Shown here: positions 25,136 through 37,535 of the stretch, in pieces | Layout: each line of letters opens with the position of its first letter | Position numbering within the stretch: position 1 is the first letter of the stretch | Origin: Fimbriosthenelais zetlandica | Taxonomy: Eukaryota | Assembly: GCA_977030845.1 (NCBI GenBank) | Contig: OZ365118.1 | Coordinates: 10,540,001-10,604,000 of the forward strand | Direction: 5' to 3' | Length of the DNA: 64,000 nt | Made by a program: the position numbers and the translations under genes | Notes under the pieces: model-generated | Databases searched by the model: none | Told to the model about the DNA's origin: nothing | What the model saw: the letters and a program-made list of their open reading frames with translations, nothing else

Positions 25136-26080
25136 GACATTAAAGTTGTCTGTGAGGCCTTTAGGGCATGGAGCTCACAGTATAGACTTGATATGCAAAC
25201 CTAAAGGATCTTAAAAAGATAAGCCAAAAAACTGTCATCAAGACTTGTAAAAGCTAGTGTAATGTCTAATACATGGAATGAGATACCCAGCCTACATATG
25301 TAACATACATTAGGGAACAGGATGCCTTGTAAGGACATCCTTTTTGCTGCCCACACATTCGACTTTTCTATTCCACGGGGCTGCTTCTAAATAATGTGGA
25401 ACATCCTAGCTCAGGAACTGATTACCAAAATGCTTCCATATTTTTGCTGGGACATTATTGATTCATCACTCCGATACTATTTCAACTAGCACTTCGCCGA
25501 ATTCCCTTTTTGCCTCAACAGCAAAAAAGGGAACTCCAGTGGAAGAGATGCTTGCAATGGCTGCACCTCAGATCAAAGAGAAACTGGCAATTAACCGGCC
25601 TGTCAATGAAATGAAAATTGATCACTTGTAGTATTACGACAGTCTTGCCGCTGGGGAAATGAATATTTGCTTCTTGAAACATTCATGAAATTCTAAAAGG
25701 AAACGGAAATAGTGCCCATCACACCCAGGCGAATGAAAGATAATTAGGTGGCGGCATACAACGTAAAGCAAAAAGGGGATTATCAGCAATTTTGCGATTT
25801 CAAGAAGCAAAGTGTAAGGTTGCATGACTTTCAGACCCCAAAAACACTTCAGCCAAAAGAGTGCGGCGCAACTGAGCGATAATTAGGCATCTGTCACCTA
25901 TTCTCGCTGATTTTCAGTTCGTTAAAGCACCTGCAGAGTTCAGACATTAGTAAGTTGTTTTCAAGATCCAAGTTGTTTTCTTTCCACAACAACAAACCTT
26001 GCCAAAATGAAAGCTGGGAATTTGGATGTTGGAGCCATTTGTAAGTTTGAAAGAAAAACCAGATTACAAGAACTAATATA

Positions 26081-26273
26081 CAGCATCATCAAAAACTTTC
26101 TGTATACTTTCAGTTTCAAAACACAGCACCATACTAGGTCATTTTCGTACACAGTCAGATCTTTTTATAAACTGATAACTTTTCACCAATGTATTATATA
26201 CAATTAATGAACAAATCCATGCCCAAACATTTTCACATTTTCCTATGTGTACAAATGATTTTTGGCGATAGTG
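26081..26273. mobile_element. MITE family A copy
   Basis: TA|CAGCATCATCAAAAACTTTCTGTATAC...GTGTACAAATGATTTTTGGCGATAGTG|TA. Confidence 0.7.
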
Positions 26274-26980
26274 TAAACGACTTTGTGTGGAGAAAGCCAT
26301 CAAACACCAACTCTAGTCAAGTGTTCTCAGATTACTGTGCCCGACACCAGCGACAGGTCAACTGTAATGTATGGCAGGCCAAGCTAGGGGAAAATCTATC
26401 TATGGAAGGCCAACAAGGCCCATCGTTATCTGCTGAGGACCACACAAGAGTTCCACAACGAAACAAGAAATGGGATGTTCACTTCCAAGAAAGTAACCTC
26501 TTATGTTTTGAACAAACCTTGTCATTTGAAAATTTTGAAACATTGTTCGGTTTTCTTTCAACTGTAGCATTGGCTGGAATTGTGAAGTAATATGGAGATC
26601 TATGAGCGAATAGGGATATCACATTTTTATATACACATGATCCTGAGAGATAGGATCACGCAGCAAAGAGATTTGTCATTTAACCAAGGCTCTTTATGGG
26701 ACTCTACGAAGAATGCCCTTTGCATGATTCTGAATATAACAACATTATCGATTACATGGTAAATGATAGGCATATTACCCTATATTGCCTATAGAATGTT
26801 TCCCAAGTGCATCAAGCCTATAACCTCCACCAAAGAGATGAGGCGATATAGACCAAGTCAGTTCAAAGGTTACATTCAAAATCATGGGCTATCTTTAATG
26901 CAACTTCCTTCGACCCCAGCATTCTGAGTTTGGGTCCAGGATAAGATTTTCCTTGAATAAAGGATATAATGGTATTGTAC

Positions 26981-27061
26981 CTTTCATATGTTGTGAAGGA
27001 ATAGGTCCAGGATCGACAGAGGCGGCAGGGTTGGTAGTACCGACATGGCCATTGCTCAGAC
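26981..27061 (-). CDS. Candidate 81-nt coding exon, phase 1-1, (G)LSNGHVGTTNPAASVDPGPIPSQHMK; unknown product
   Basis: Acceptor CTGAC...GTTCGCCCAG|G, donor AAAG|GTACAA; GC-rich relative to flanks; 20 of 26 codons end in a pyrimidine and 13 of 26 are RNY; this frame is closed by TGA just upstream of the acceptor. Confidence 0.3.
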
Positions 27062-28926
27062 CTGGGCGAACATGACGTCAGAAGTTGACTCATATAATCC
27101 ACAATGTCGTACTTGTCAACCATGCTTCCGCTCATAAACTCTCAAACCTTCAAATAATTCATGATTATTCTTCAGATTCTTAGAGAAAACCACTATTTTC
27201 ATTAAATGCAATAGTCTAGAACATTCAGCTCATATGCATTGAGATGTAACAGTTTTTCCTCTGCAATTGACAACTTGTGTACAGCTGTATTACAAGTCGT
27301 ATTACAGCTGGTAATGTCACTTGGTATAAGAATGGTTGAATAAATTGTCCTTTTCCCTTTAATAAACAGAATTGCAGACAATATATAGGGCTTGTACCAG
27401 AACAAATAGACCAACCGATCAATGGTAACGAAGCTTTCTTGCTAATCTGTTACAAAATTTTCCTGGTGGCATTTGCTGTTCCATTGATAGCCTCTGTTTT
27501 GCCTTATAAACATACAAGTACCTTCATTGTATTTATTTTGAGTTCATTATATACATTAATCCATTCTTTAAGCCTATAATGTCTAGCCATATGCACCTTC
27601 ACGGTAAACCCAGGCAGGTGGATATTGGGGTTAGCATTACGTGGTATTCCACTTAAGCCAAGAAGGCTCTGTATGAAAATCCCCTTTGGGTACGGGTCAA
27701 GCTTCTTCCAGCTGCTGTCTCCTTCTCTCCCTCATCTCTCCTCCTGCCAGTAACCATGGCCAAGCGCCTGGAGGGGATCCAAAGCAACAGGTTTCCCCAG
27801 CGCTAACAACTCCAGTACCTCCTCTTTCCTCCAGTGTCAGTCTATTCGACAGAGATATCTTCACAACACCTCTCCCTTACACACCCTGTAAGTTCTTCTC
27901 AATGATTTCCGTTTTACATCCACTTCAACGAACTCCGATCAATGATCTTTGTGTTAATCAAGATCGATTCAATCTCCACTTTTGGTATATCCAACTCTTT
28001 CTCTTAATCTGAAAACACAAATCGCATTGCATTTCCCAGATGGTGTGTGCTACAGTACTCCGATATATCTATAATCCAAATGAGTGATTTGATACATCCA
28101 GAAACATGGCTATAGATCATCTTACAAAGATGAATTGATGTGACAAAAAGATCAAAAGATCCCATCAAGAGTGGGGGCCAGATCAGAAAGCTATTTTATC
28201 TATTGTGTTGTCTCCATAGGGGTAGCCAGGTTCCTTAACATTATTTGGGGGAGATCTTTGCAAAGTCTGTCACCAATGACACAGATAATCCTTGGTGTAT
28301 GAATGGGATAAAACCATCAATATAAAACCAACACATTTAAGGCTCAAATCCACTAATCCGTTAGTGCAACTGCGGGGTCAGTTTCGTCATCCAATTTCCC
28401 ATTCCAGGCATTACGAAACCAAGAAAGTGGACCCTGTCGAAGAACATCGATTTCTCACTTATTTTCCAACCGAATTCTCATATTTTAAGCAGGTTACACC
28501 TATAGGTAAACCTATCCATGTATCCAAAACTTAAATCAAGTATCATTAGAGGGGGAACTTTATTGCAATCAGGTATGAAATCTGTTACGTTTGGCTGGGT
28601 TTTTTGTTCTAAATTAGTACAAAAACTATTAGACAAAAAAAATGGAAGGGTAAAATCGGTTTGTTCCCGGTTAATGTATAACTAGGCCTTTGCACGAGGC
28701 CTGGTAAGATACATGTTCTTTCCTAGATCTACATCTAAAAGCCCACACAATCAATTATTACTTCAAGAGCAATTAACCACCCAAGGTCTTATCTATTCCT
28801 TCATTAATTCAATGCGGGGGATTTATATTAAAGTCTTTAATTAAGGAAGGAATGAACAGGTGATAGATAAAGTGATATACTTATGACAAATAGTATGAAA
28901 TCTCTATAGAATAAACACCAGACATA

Positions 28927-29145
28927 CAGTATGACCGACAAATATTTTCACACTTTCACTTTTAAAAATCAAATCAGAACAAAGTGTCAAATCCAATGTT
29001 ACAAGAGCCTATAGGGACCTTTCGTACACAGCCATTATGTTTTTGAATTGATCCATGTTGTCCAGTTTATTATGTATTATTGTGACAAACACTGCCCAAA
29101 AATTGTCATATTTTCAAAGCTGTAAGACTATTTTTGGTGACGGTG
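28927..29145. mobile_element. MITE family A copy
   Basis: TA|CAGTATGACCGACAAATATTTTCACAC...GACTATTTTTGGTGACGGTG|TA. Confidence 0.65.
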
Positions 29146-31969
29146 TAGATCATTCGTGCTTGAAGTGTTAGGTAACAGCCTCAATGATCTGTTTAAGTGG
29201 TGAACCATGGAGACCCTATCTAAATTTCTCCTATTCAACGGACACTCGATACTTGTGTATGCTGGCATTACAGTATCTTGTTTAGTCACTTCATACTATT
29301 TTATACCCAACAATTCACTAAACACTCAAAAAAAGCAGATTCTAAAGTCTGGGCAATCCTAGGAACGCGATATATCTGCAAATAAACGATGGAACTAGTT
29401 TCCTTGCACGCGTATTTACATTCGTAATAGTGAGTAATGTAGCCTATGTCTCAGAATGTTAATGACATTTATTTATTGACATTTTGTGTAATATAAGACA
29501 GGGTATTATGAGGTCGTAATCAATTTACTTTAAGCAATGAATGAGCTTCATATGTTTCTGTAAAGGGCCAAGGTCGATTAGATTGTTTAGATGTTGTACA
29601 CCAATCAAATCAAATATCCTATCATGAGACATTTCAGATTTGTGAATGTCCGTCTTCTTTCATTGTTGCTAATGCAGTTTCTTTGTTTAGCAACAATCCC
29701 TTTTACCTGATAGTCTACTACATATATGGGAATGGCCTAGAATAAGTGACCCCGTCTGAGGTGCCAGATGACAGCTATACTGCTGAAGTACATCTCTAAA
29801 GGCGATGACCTGCCTCTAAGCAGAATTGTCAGAACAATGCCTGTATTCGACTAAGCCGATAAACCGACGATGTGATAGATCAAGTATTGGTTGCGACTGA
29901 AATGGAAATGGTCTACCAAGATGATGAGAGACGATATATAAAATAACTTTTTACTTAATATCATTACTTCAAACTTTGTGCATGCACTACATCAAGAAAC
30001 TGCAAACCTTCTATGGTTGTACTTCCATACAGCCACGCGTTACTGCTATTGCAATAGCCACTTCTTCCTAATTACTTCCCTAAGAAACCAGACCGTTCCC
30101 ATTGAAAAATAACAACCGTGACTATGAAATTTCTCTAATAAAGCTAAAATGCCACCTCTGTTAAATAAACCTCATACCTGACATGCGATGCTGGTCCATT
30201 TTTTTTGATAGCCTTCCGCAATCAGTGGGACGCGGTTCACATTTGCAACATGACTTTCTAAAAGGGAAGGAAAGCACCGCCTTTGAGCCTTTGGGGCAAA
30301 AAAGTCATACTTGATGAGTGGGTTCTTAATTTGAATCCAGTGAACCAATGACATTAGCTCTGACAACAAAAGCTGCTTATCGGAGATGGTACTAAAATGG
30401 GGAGTCTGCCTCTCGCCTTCTCTGAGACAGCAGCCATGCCGTCACCCGGCTATTTTGTATGATAAGTCCATCATCAAATGTGTGAAGACAAATGGATGGA
30501 TTGTAATCCTTTTGATGAAGTTTATATTTTGCTTGTCGGGAAGGACTTTGTCACAGACAATTAGAAATGACATCAACATAAGAGGGCGAAGGCTGTGCCA
30601 GATAATGAAGGGAAATTTAAGCGAATTTTCTATTTCGATTTACATGAAGGATATTTACTTTGATGTCAGCAAAGTGATTGGAAGCCATTTTTCATTCGTA
30701 AAATTGGTTTAATTCTCTAAATTTGGCCATTCATGTCCTCCTACCCATAGTGCTGTTAACTGGGTCATCAAAGGCCAGCCATGTCATTTTCTAATTACCA
30801 TTAGACAAATCAACTGTATCAGTTGTCTTATCTTTCCTTTCAGAACTCTTAACTTGGATCTGGATCTTGCTAGTTGCTCCTGCAGGAACAATATGGCAAA
30901 GTTTATGAGAGACTATGTATAGCTTGGGTAGGAGGAAGCCCTAGTGCTCGTAAGTCTATACAGCTCACTTACCTTGGCCTCCCATAACAAAGCTAATGGT
31001 AACTCTACAGACTTAATATTGAATAAGTTACACGGAAACTTTGTGTATAATAAGCTTTTCCTGTAGTCCTATATGGTATCGTATACACTTTCAAAAGATG
31101 AACTTAACATAATCAAATTAGAACAAAGAAGGAACTTTATTGTTACAACCTCCTACTATATAGTATAGTGTATCAGTGAACGTTGTTTAGGACCTTTTCT
31201 TACACCGACAGATCTGTTTAAATCACTGGCCAAGAATATCAAGTTTCCAAAAATGAACCTGTTAGACTGGTAGAGAACTAGAAAAGTAATATAAAATAAA
31301 AATGAGATATTAAAAGACATCTTTCTCAATTCCTTTCAGCAAATAATAGGCACATTAGCAACCATCTGTGATGCATTGTCCTTTAAATCCCAAAGCAAAA
31401 ATCTTTAAAGAAGAACATAACTGTACAAAAAAGGCAATTCTATACACCGGAGTATTTCCAAGCTCTTCATTCCCATTTGATAAAAAACATCAGAAGCAGA
31501 TTGTGCAGAGCTATCAATTTAATAGGTTATCGTAGAACGACCTCTCCCATCGCAGAACAAGGGGTATTTGAATACACTTTTCCATCCTGAATGAATTGAG
31601 ACTGGAGGGGAAAAAAGGGGGCGGCTCAAAGCCCTATTATCAGAATAGATGCTGGATGCATGGACATATCTCTCCCTTCAAAGCGAGAGGATGTCAAAGT
31701 ACATCCGACATTATCGTCATTCTACGCATGCGCTGCTAGACAGTAACTATAAGGACAATGTATGTAAGATCGGGGACGTCTCCCTCGTTATCCTACAGGA
31801 CAGCGAGCTCGTTATCAGCCACAATAACAAGTCCCTCGTGTATTCTAAATCCCCATTAAAATATCACCCGTTAATACCTATGTCAGGCTTTGTGTTAGAC
31901 AATGACGGTAATGGTATTTGATTGGACAGGCTGAAAGATGAGTGCACATTGCATGGTTAACGTCGACTT

Positions 31970-32131
31970 AGCCATTTCTCAGTTACCTCAGCCATTTCTC
32001 AGTTACCTCAGCCATTTCTCAGCTACCTCAGCCATTTCTCAGCTACCTCAGCCATTTCTCAGCTACCTCAGCCATTTCTCAGCTACCTCAGCCATTTCTC
32101 AGCTACCTCAGCCATTTCTCAGCTACCTCAG
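31970..32131. repeat. 20-bp minisatellite, about 8 copies
   Basis: AGCCATTTCTCAG(T/C)TACCTC; first two units carry T, later units C. Confidence 0.95.
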
Positions 32132-32206
32132 GATGAAGTTAATTTTCTATTGCAAGTGAGAAACAAGTTGTTGAAACAATACTAAAGCCAATGTAAATCA
32201 ATAGTC

Positions 32207-32278
32207 CTTTTACATGTCCCCATACCATAGACAGTGGGAGACATGGTTGACCTTTGCTGTCCCAGTTTGTAGCAAATG
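32207..32278 (+). repeat. Family D copy
   Basis: TTTTACATGTCCCCATACCATAGACAGTGGGAGACATGGTTGACCTTTGCTGTCCCAGTTTGTAGC. Confidence 0.7.
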
Positions 32279-32692
32279 CCTTTTTGTTCAATCAGCGAAT
32301 ATCAAATTCTACATCGGTTGGTGAACTATACTTTCATACGTGTACATCCCAGATCATGATGAATAATGCAGGATATTCCAAGTTAAGATTAAAAGTCAAA
32401 AACTGTCTTATCGATGATTCTGACAATTCAGAACTCACTTGCCTTGGCCATGAAAATGCACCCTTGAGATTTGGTGTAGTGACTGTAAATCTATATGACC
32501 TCACTACCTCACTTACTCCTGACGGTGCGTTATTTGCCGTTGCCATGCCATAACGACTGCCCATCTCTCTCCATAACCCACTATTCATGTGAATGACCCA
32601 ACACCCGGTCCACATACCCGACACAGTAATTGGTAGGCAGTCAGGAAGCAAGTGCATGAAAAGCACCTAAAAATGTGAAGGATGTACTTCTA

Positions 32693-32902
32693 CACGGTCA
32701 CACAAAATGTATCCGTTCACTTTGAAACCATGCACTTTGTATCATCCAAAAAGAAAAGTATCAACTTTCACTGTTAGAACATCTGACTAGGAGCTTTTCG
32801 TAAACAGCCAGATCCGTTTATAATTCAAAGTTTTTGCTAATATCAATGTCAGAATCATCGCTCTAAGTTTCCCAAAAGTGTACACAATTTTTGGTGATTC
32901 TG
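32693..32902. mobile_element. MITE family A copy
   Basis: TA|CACGGTCACACAAAATG...GTGTACACAATTTTTGGTGATTCTG|TA; internal AACTTTCACTGTTAGAAC. Confidence 0.75.
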
Positions 32903-35510
32903 TATGTTGCCTTGACTAGCAAGTGTCATCGATTCAATTACCTCCCAGGATCGTGCTTCCCTCTTCTAACACCCAAATACCCCATGGCTGTACACTGGAC
33001 AGTTGGTCCTCAGTAAGGATACACTGTCCTACCACTAACAATCCATTAACCCTATTCTTGATAACACTCAAGATAACTAGTTTAAACCCCATACAGAACC
33101 CAACCTCCTCAGTTAGAGTGCAGCAGGTTCCTGGGGTCCAAAAGGCACCTGAACTGCAAGTGAAATTCCCTCCTATGGTTATGTTGTCTATCATTCACAT
33201 GCTGCAGTGCAAAAACATATCAGATGCACTGTGAAAAACATAGAAATGCAGCACAGAAATAATCCAACCCAAGCAGCAGAACATTGCTATGGCTTGACAT
33301 CCCTAAAACCCTCGCATAAGAATAAACAAAAAGCCATCCGGGGCTTTGCAACTCAAAAAAAGAAACTGAGTGTACTGCATATTATATTTATATGAAAGTA
33401 ATATTTTCTAACCTGTCACAAATAGTTTATTAAATTATCTTGGGATCATTCTAAATCACTTTGGCCATTGACGTGTTTTCTTGATGTACATAAGTCAGCC
33501 CTTCAATTGTTCATGACTGTTGCATATCCAAAATACTGATCAGTGGATATGGGGTTTAAAAGTCAAAAGAGACAAAAATATGGAAAGGTCAGTGAGAGGA
33601 AGGGCCCCGAGATTAGGAGCGACTTTCAGAGTGGTTCCATGTCAGAGCTGGACGTCAGTGGAAGCATTCCTCTTCCCGTCTTTGCCTCACCATATCTCAG
33701 TGGACAGCCAGCCATGTCAGCGTTTTCCTGATCTGCCAGTCGCCATTACCAGGGATAATTGGGACAGGTACCTGCAGCCTATAGCTCAGACATTGATTGA
33801 TGCATGCCATTGAGGCATCTCATCAACTGACAGGCTGGGAAGTAAGTGCTGGGTAATGTATAGATGCATCACTCATCAACATAATCAACTTCAAGCTGCA
33901 CCTACAGGGACATCTTTCAACTATACTAACTATTCATTATCTCTAACTGATTTCTTATATTCAAACTTTGCAGAGTCAGTTTCCGATTTTTCAAATAATG
34001 CTCAAAACTTTTGAAAGAAGTAGGAAGTATCAAGCAAGAGAGCTCGGGAGGAAGAAAAACTGAGAGAGAAAGAGAGAGAGAGATACGGAGATGGACTATA
34101 AATATGAATGAAGCAAAGAATATAATCATTTCCAAAGAGCCTGATATACATTTTATCTTCCTTTGATTCACCGATGGCTGCCTTCATTTCAGGAGATTTT
34201 GATATGTACTTTTTTCTTACCTTTTTACAGCCACTAATGGTACAACATAGTGATGCTGTTTTTATGGGTTTATCGCTAGCTTCGCTAAAAGGGAGACAGG
34301 GGAAGGATGGAACTGAAGATAGACAAGCTATCAGTGTCTATATAGTCACTGACTTGATGTCCTTCCCAGAGGATTAAGCCCCGTCTTCACTATAGACTTC
34401 TTATTGCACGATATACCATTTAAACCCTAACAGCAGATGTATGGGAACATGCATTGAAATACAGTTCAGTGGAGATGGGACTTTATAATAGTCATCTTTC
34501 TCTTCATGCTTGAAGTAAATTTCAATAAAGTCAGGTAAAACCTATTTTCGAAGCACAATATTTTCTATATTCATTCCACAATTGACGGAGTCCGCACTGG
34601 GAGCATGATAGCATTGATAGCCTAAATATTGACTCCAATAGCTTTCAGAAACAGAATCACAGCTGTTTCCTAAAGCAACATAGGGAAAATAACCTCTGAA
34701 TACCAGTCACAAATTGATTTTTCCTGTCCACCCATTCATATCCCTAATCCTTTCATAAGCAGGTTTGCCCCAGGACAACAGTAGTGGCCCCTCGCCTTTT
34801 TTAAAGCGACCGTCCTCAGAAGGACTTGAATTTCACGAAAGAAACTTCATTTCCTGAGGGGAAAGTGCTGTTCCTAGGTGTTGAATAAGCCCACAGAAAT
34901 GAGAGGAAATGGGTATATTGTTCTTTATGGGCGTTAAGGCTGGTGGTGGGAGGTATTGGTCACCAAAAGAGCGGCGGGAATAACGGGGCTGTTTTATAAC
35001 ATTGCGATACATTAAGGAATGTTATAATGTCGATAACTTTACAGAAAAAAGACCCTTGATTTCAAGGTGGTCAAATGATGTACATCTCTCATTCCCTATT
35101 GAGCAATATTGATGAACTGAGCCTGATGTACATCAAGACATCTTCTCAGTGGATGTGGACCTTTCTGCCTGGCAACAGTAACTCAATGGCATAAAAACTT
35201 TGAAAACAAGCATGACAGAAGTTAGTTCGCAAAAGGGAACGTCCATTTAGTAATTGATTTATATGAAGACTACCCTTAGGACACACAGTCTGAGCTGTCA
35301 AAACGAATTCCACCTTGCCAGTCAGATCAGACGTGTACAGGCATTTGGGCTGAGATTTTTTTAAAGATGAAACGAGTTGAAATATTAGACAGGAACTGAG
35401 TAAATTCATATATTATTTGTTGGAAATCCATTCTGCAATTCATCTCAGGAGGAGAACGAAATATAGTGTGGGCATGCAAATTCTGTTTGCGCAATTGTTC
35501 TTTTTTAAAA

Positions 35511-35569
35511 AGGTCTCTCACCGTAGACAATTGGAGACATAGCTGAACTTTAATATCTCAGTTAGCAGC
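35511..35569 (+). repeat. Family D copy
   Basis: TCTCTCACCGTAGACAATTGGAGACATAGCTGAACTTTAATATCTCAGTTAGCAGC. Confidence 0.7.
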
Positions 35570-37128
35570 ACCAGGGCAAGAGTAACATTCCAGTACAACT
35601 ACTTGAAGGTAGAAGAACACAACTCTTATGGATTGCTCTGAGCCCTATTATAGTTCTGATATCCCAGTTAGCAGCATTGTGAAGGTTGAAATCTGAGACA
35701 ACACAGAGGCTAAAACTGAATTTCCCCGGTTGAATCCAATACATTATGAGATGTGATATATTTTGCCCGTGAGTCAGGTTCGTTAGTTCGATTCTTAAAG
35801 TGCAGGTGACACCAGTGCACATGGCTTAAATGCTATCAGAACCATGCACCTGTTGTTAATCCAATTAAATAACAAGCCACCAGGCAACACTACAGCTCGT
35901 AATTTAATTACAAAGTTTACAAAAACCCAGCTGGCTGTAGACTCAATATTAATAGAAGATGTAACTCAATAAATTATCATTACCTACATTCATCCTGGTC
36001 TTGTTTCTACAAGATCAAAATTCAAAACAACGACCCACAAACAGTCTCACCAAAATTCTGTGTATGTCTTAAAATATATTTTCCGGGCAGTGACTTTACA
36101 CAATACCATTATAGTAAAAAGGCATCAACTACGAAAATGTCCTAGTAAGATCTTTAAAAACTGAAAGTTGTTGTTCTCTGACTTTCATAAACAAAGTACA
36201 TACATGTACACTCTATTGGGAAGGTGCTGTATACATACATTAATTCCCAATGCACTTAATTTCCAAAAGATCCAAACAAGCAAGAAAAAGCACAAACATG
36301 GATAGGAAAAAACAAGTAAACACAACCCATCTGTGACAAAAACACCAGGCTTGTGAGGTGTATTGAATGGGAGTCGTAGAGAAGCAGCTGTTAGAGATAA
36401 CGAAGTGGGATCCACCGCCTTCAGGGCCAATATGGTACAGAGGGAGCGAAGGATAAGCAGAAATGTGACCTTCATATCAATGTATCAATCACTGCTTTCA
36501 GATGTACAGCCACTGATAGTCACCATAGGGTATGCCTATACCATACACCGGAGACTCCAATAGGGTTCACTGCTGGACACGGACCCTAATTGCCTTTGCG
36601 GCCAGTAATATGATTCTACTGTCATAGCAACCAAACCCCAGAAGATACAACCCGAAGTGACATTTGTAAAGTGATTTCAAAAGGCAATCTTGTCCTGCTT
36701 GTAATGTGTTTACCAAGATAGTTTGGCTTCTTTTGAAGCAACTGCTTAGGACATATATATATCACAAGGTTTCTTGTAAAAACATGACTTCAAATGAATT
36801 CCTATTTGGACGATGTCCCTTTCCCTTTGCAGACTTTGATCTTGCCTTGTTTTGGCGCTAATTGGCAGAGATTTGCTGTTGAGGCTTACTTGGGTTCCTA
36901 CGAAAAGTTTAGATTTCAATATCGTTTAGAATGTCCACGTATAATCAAGTTAATTAACTAGAAAATGCAGTTGCAGTTGAGAGCAGTTCCCTGGACTGAT
37001 GATCGAACTTTCCTGAACTTCGGACTTGACAAACTAATAAAAAGCACATCAAGGCTCAGAGGATGGTGAATGAAAAAACCCACAAAAACAAACTATTGTA
37101 TAGTAAAAGTAGATGAAACAGAACTTAC

Positions 37129-37535
37129 CATTGTGGGACGCCATCGGGGCTATTTATATGAGCCCAGCAGTGACAGAACATGGTCATTGGGTTAGTTTGT
37201 GATGAGCCTGATCCACGCATTGAGAGTGAAAGAAAGACACAGAGAAACTATAGTAGAAAGCTTAGACGAGGTAGCTAAAGCGTACTCCCAAACCTCGTCA
37301 ACTGAGAAAACTCAATCCTCTATATAATACACAAAACTGTCTAATCATCCAAGGGACACTGGAGGGTGTGTGGACGCGCCGGGCCGTGCCATGCCTACTG
37401 TTCTTGACCTGTGGCTAGCCTCTGATGGATCAGGAAAGTGATTAATAGTGAACTCGCACTGTGGCTTCGTCAGTGGCTTCAGGCCCCCGCGTGCCAGCTG
37501 GCTTGCCAATAGTAAACTGAAGAGAGCACGCGGAC
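37129..37535 (-). other. Candidate 407-nt exon, mostly 5' UTR, ending in a short coding start (ATG GCG TCC CAC AAT G = MASHN, 37144-37129)
   Basis: Minus strand: branch-like CCCTAAC (37572-37578), long pyrimidine tract TCTGCTCCTCCCACTCTCTGCTCCTTTCTCTGG, then CAG|G at 37536/37535; donor AATG|GTAAGT at 37129/37128. The 5' end is CpG/GC-rich. No homology recognised, no transcript evidence. Confidence 0.35.

Noticed and set aside
30973-31004. Strong minus-strand donor AAG|GTAAGT with possible 32-nt exon
   Set aside because: Acceptor is weak and the exon would break the frame of the A-B chain.
36185-36475. 96-aa minus ORF with signal-peptide-like start (MKVTFLLILRSLCTILALKA) and hydrophobic C-terminal stretch
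   Set aside because: Hydrophobicity follows from T-rich sequence; no promoter, splice or homology support; ORFs of this length are expected by chance in 64 kb.
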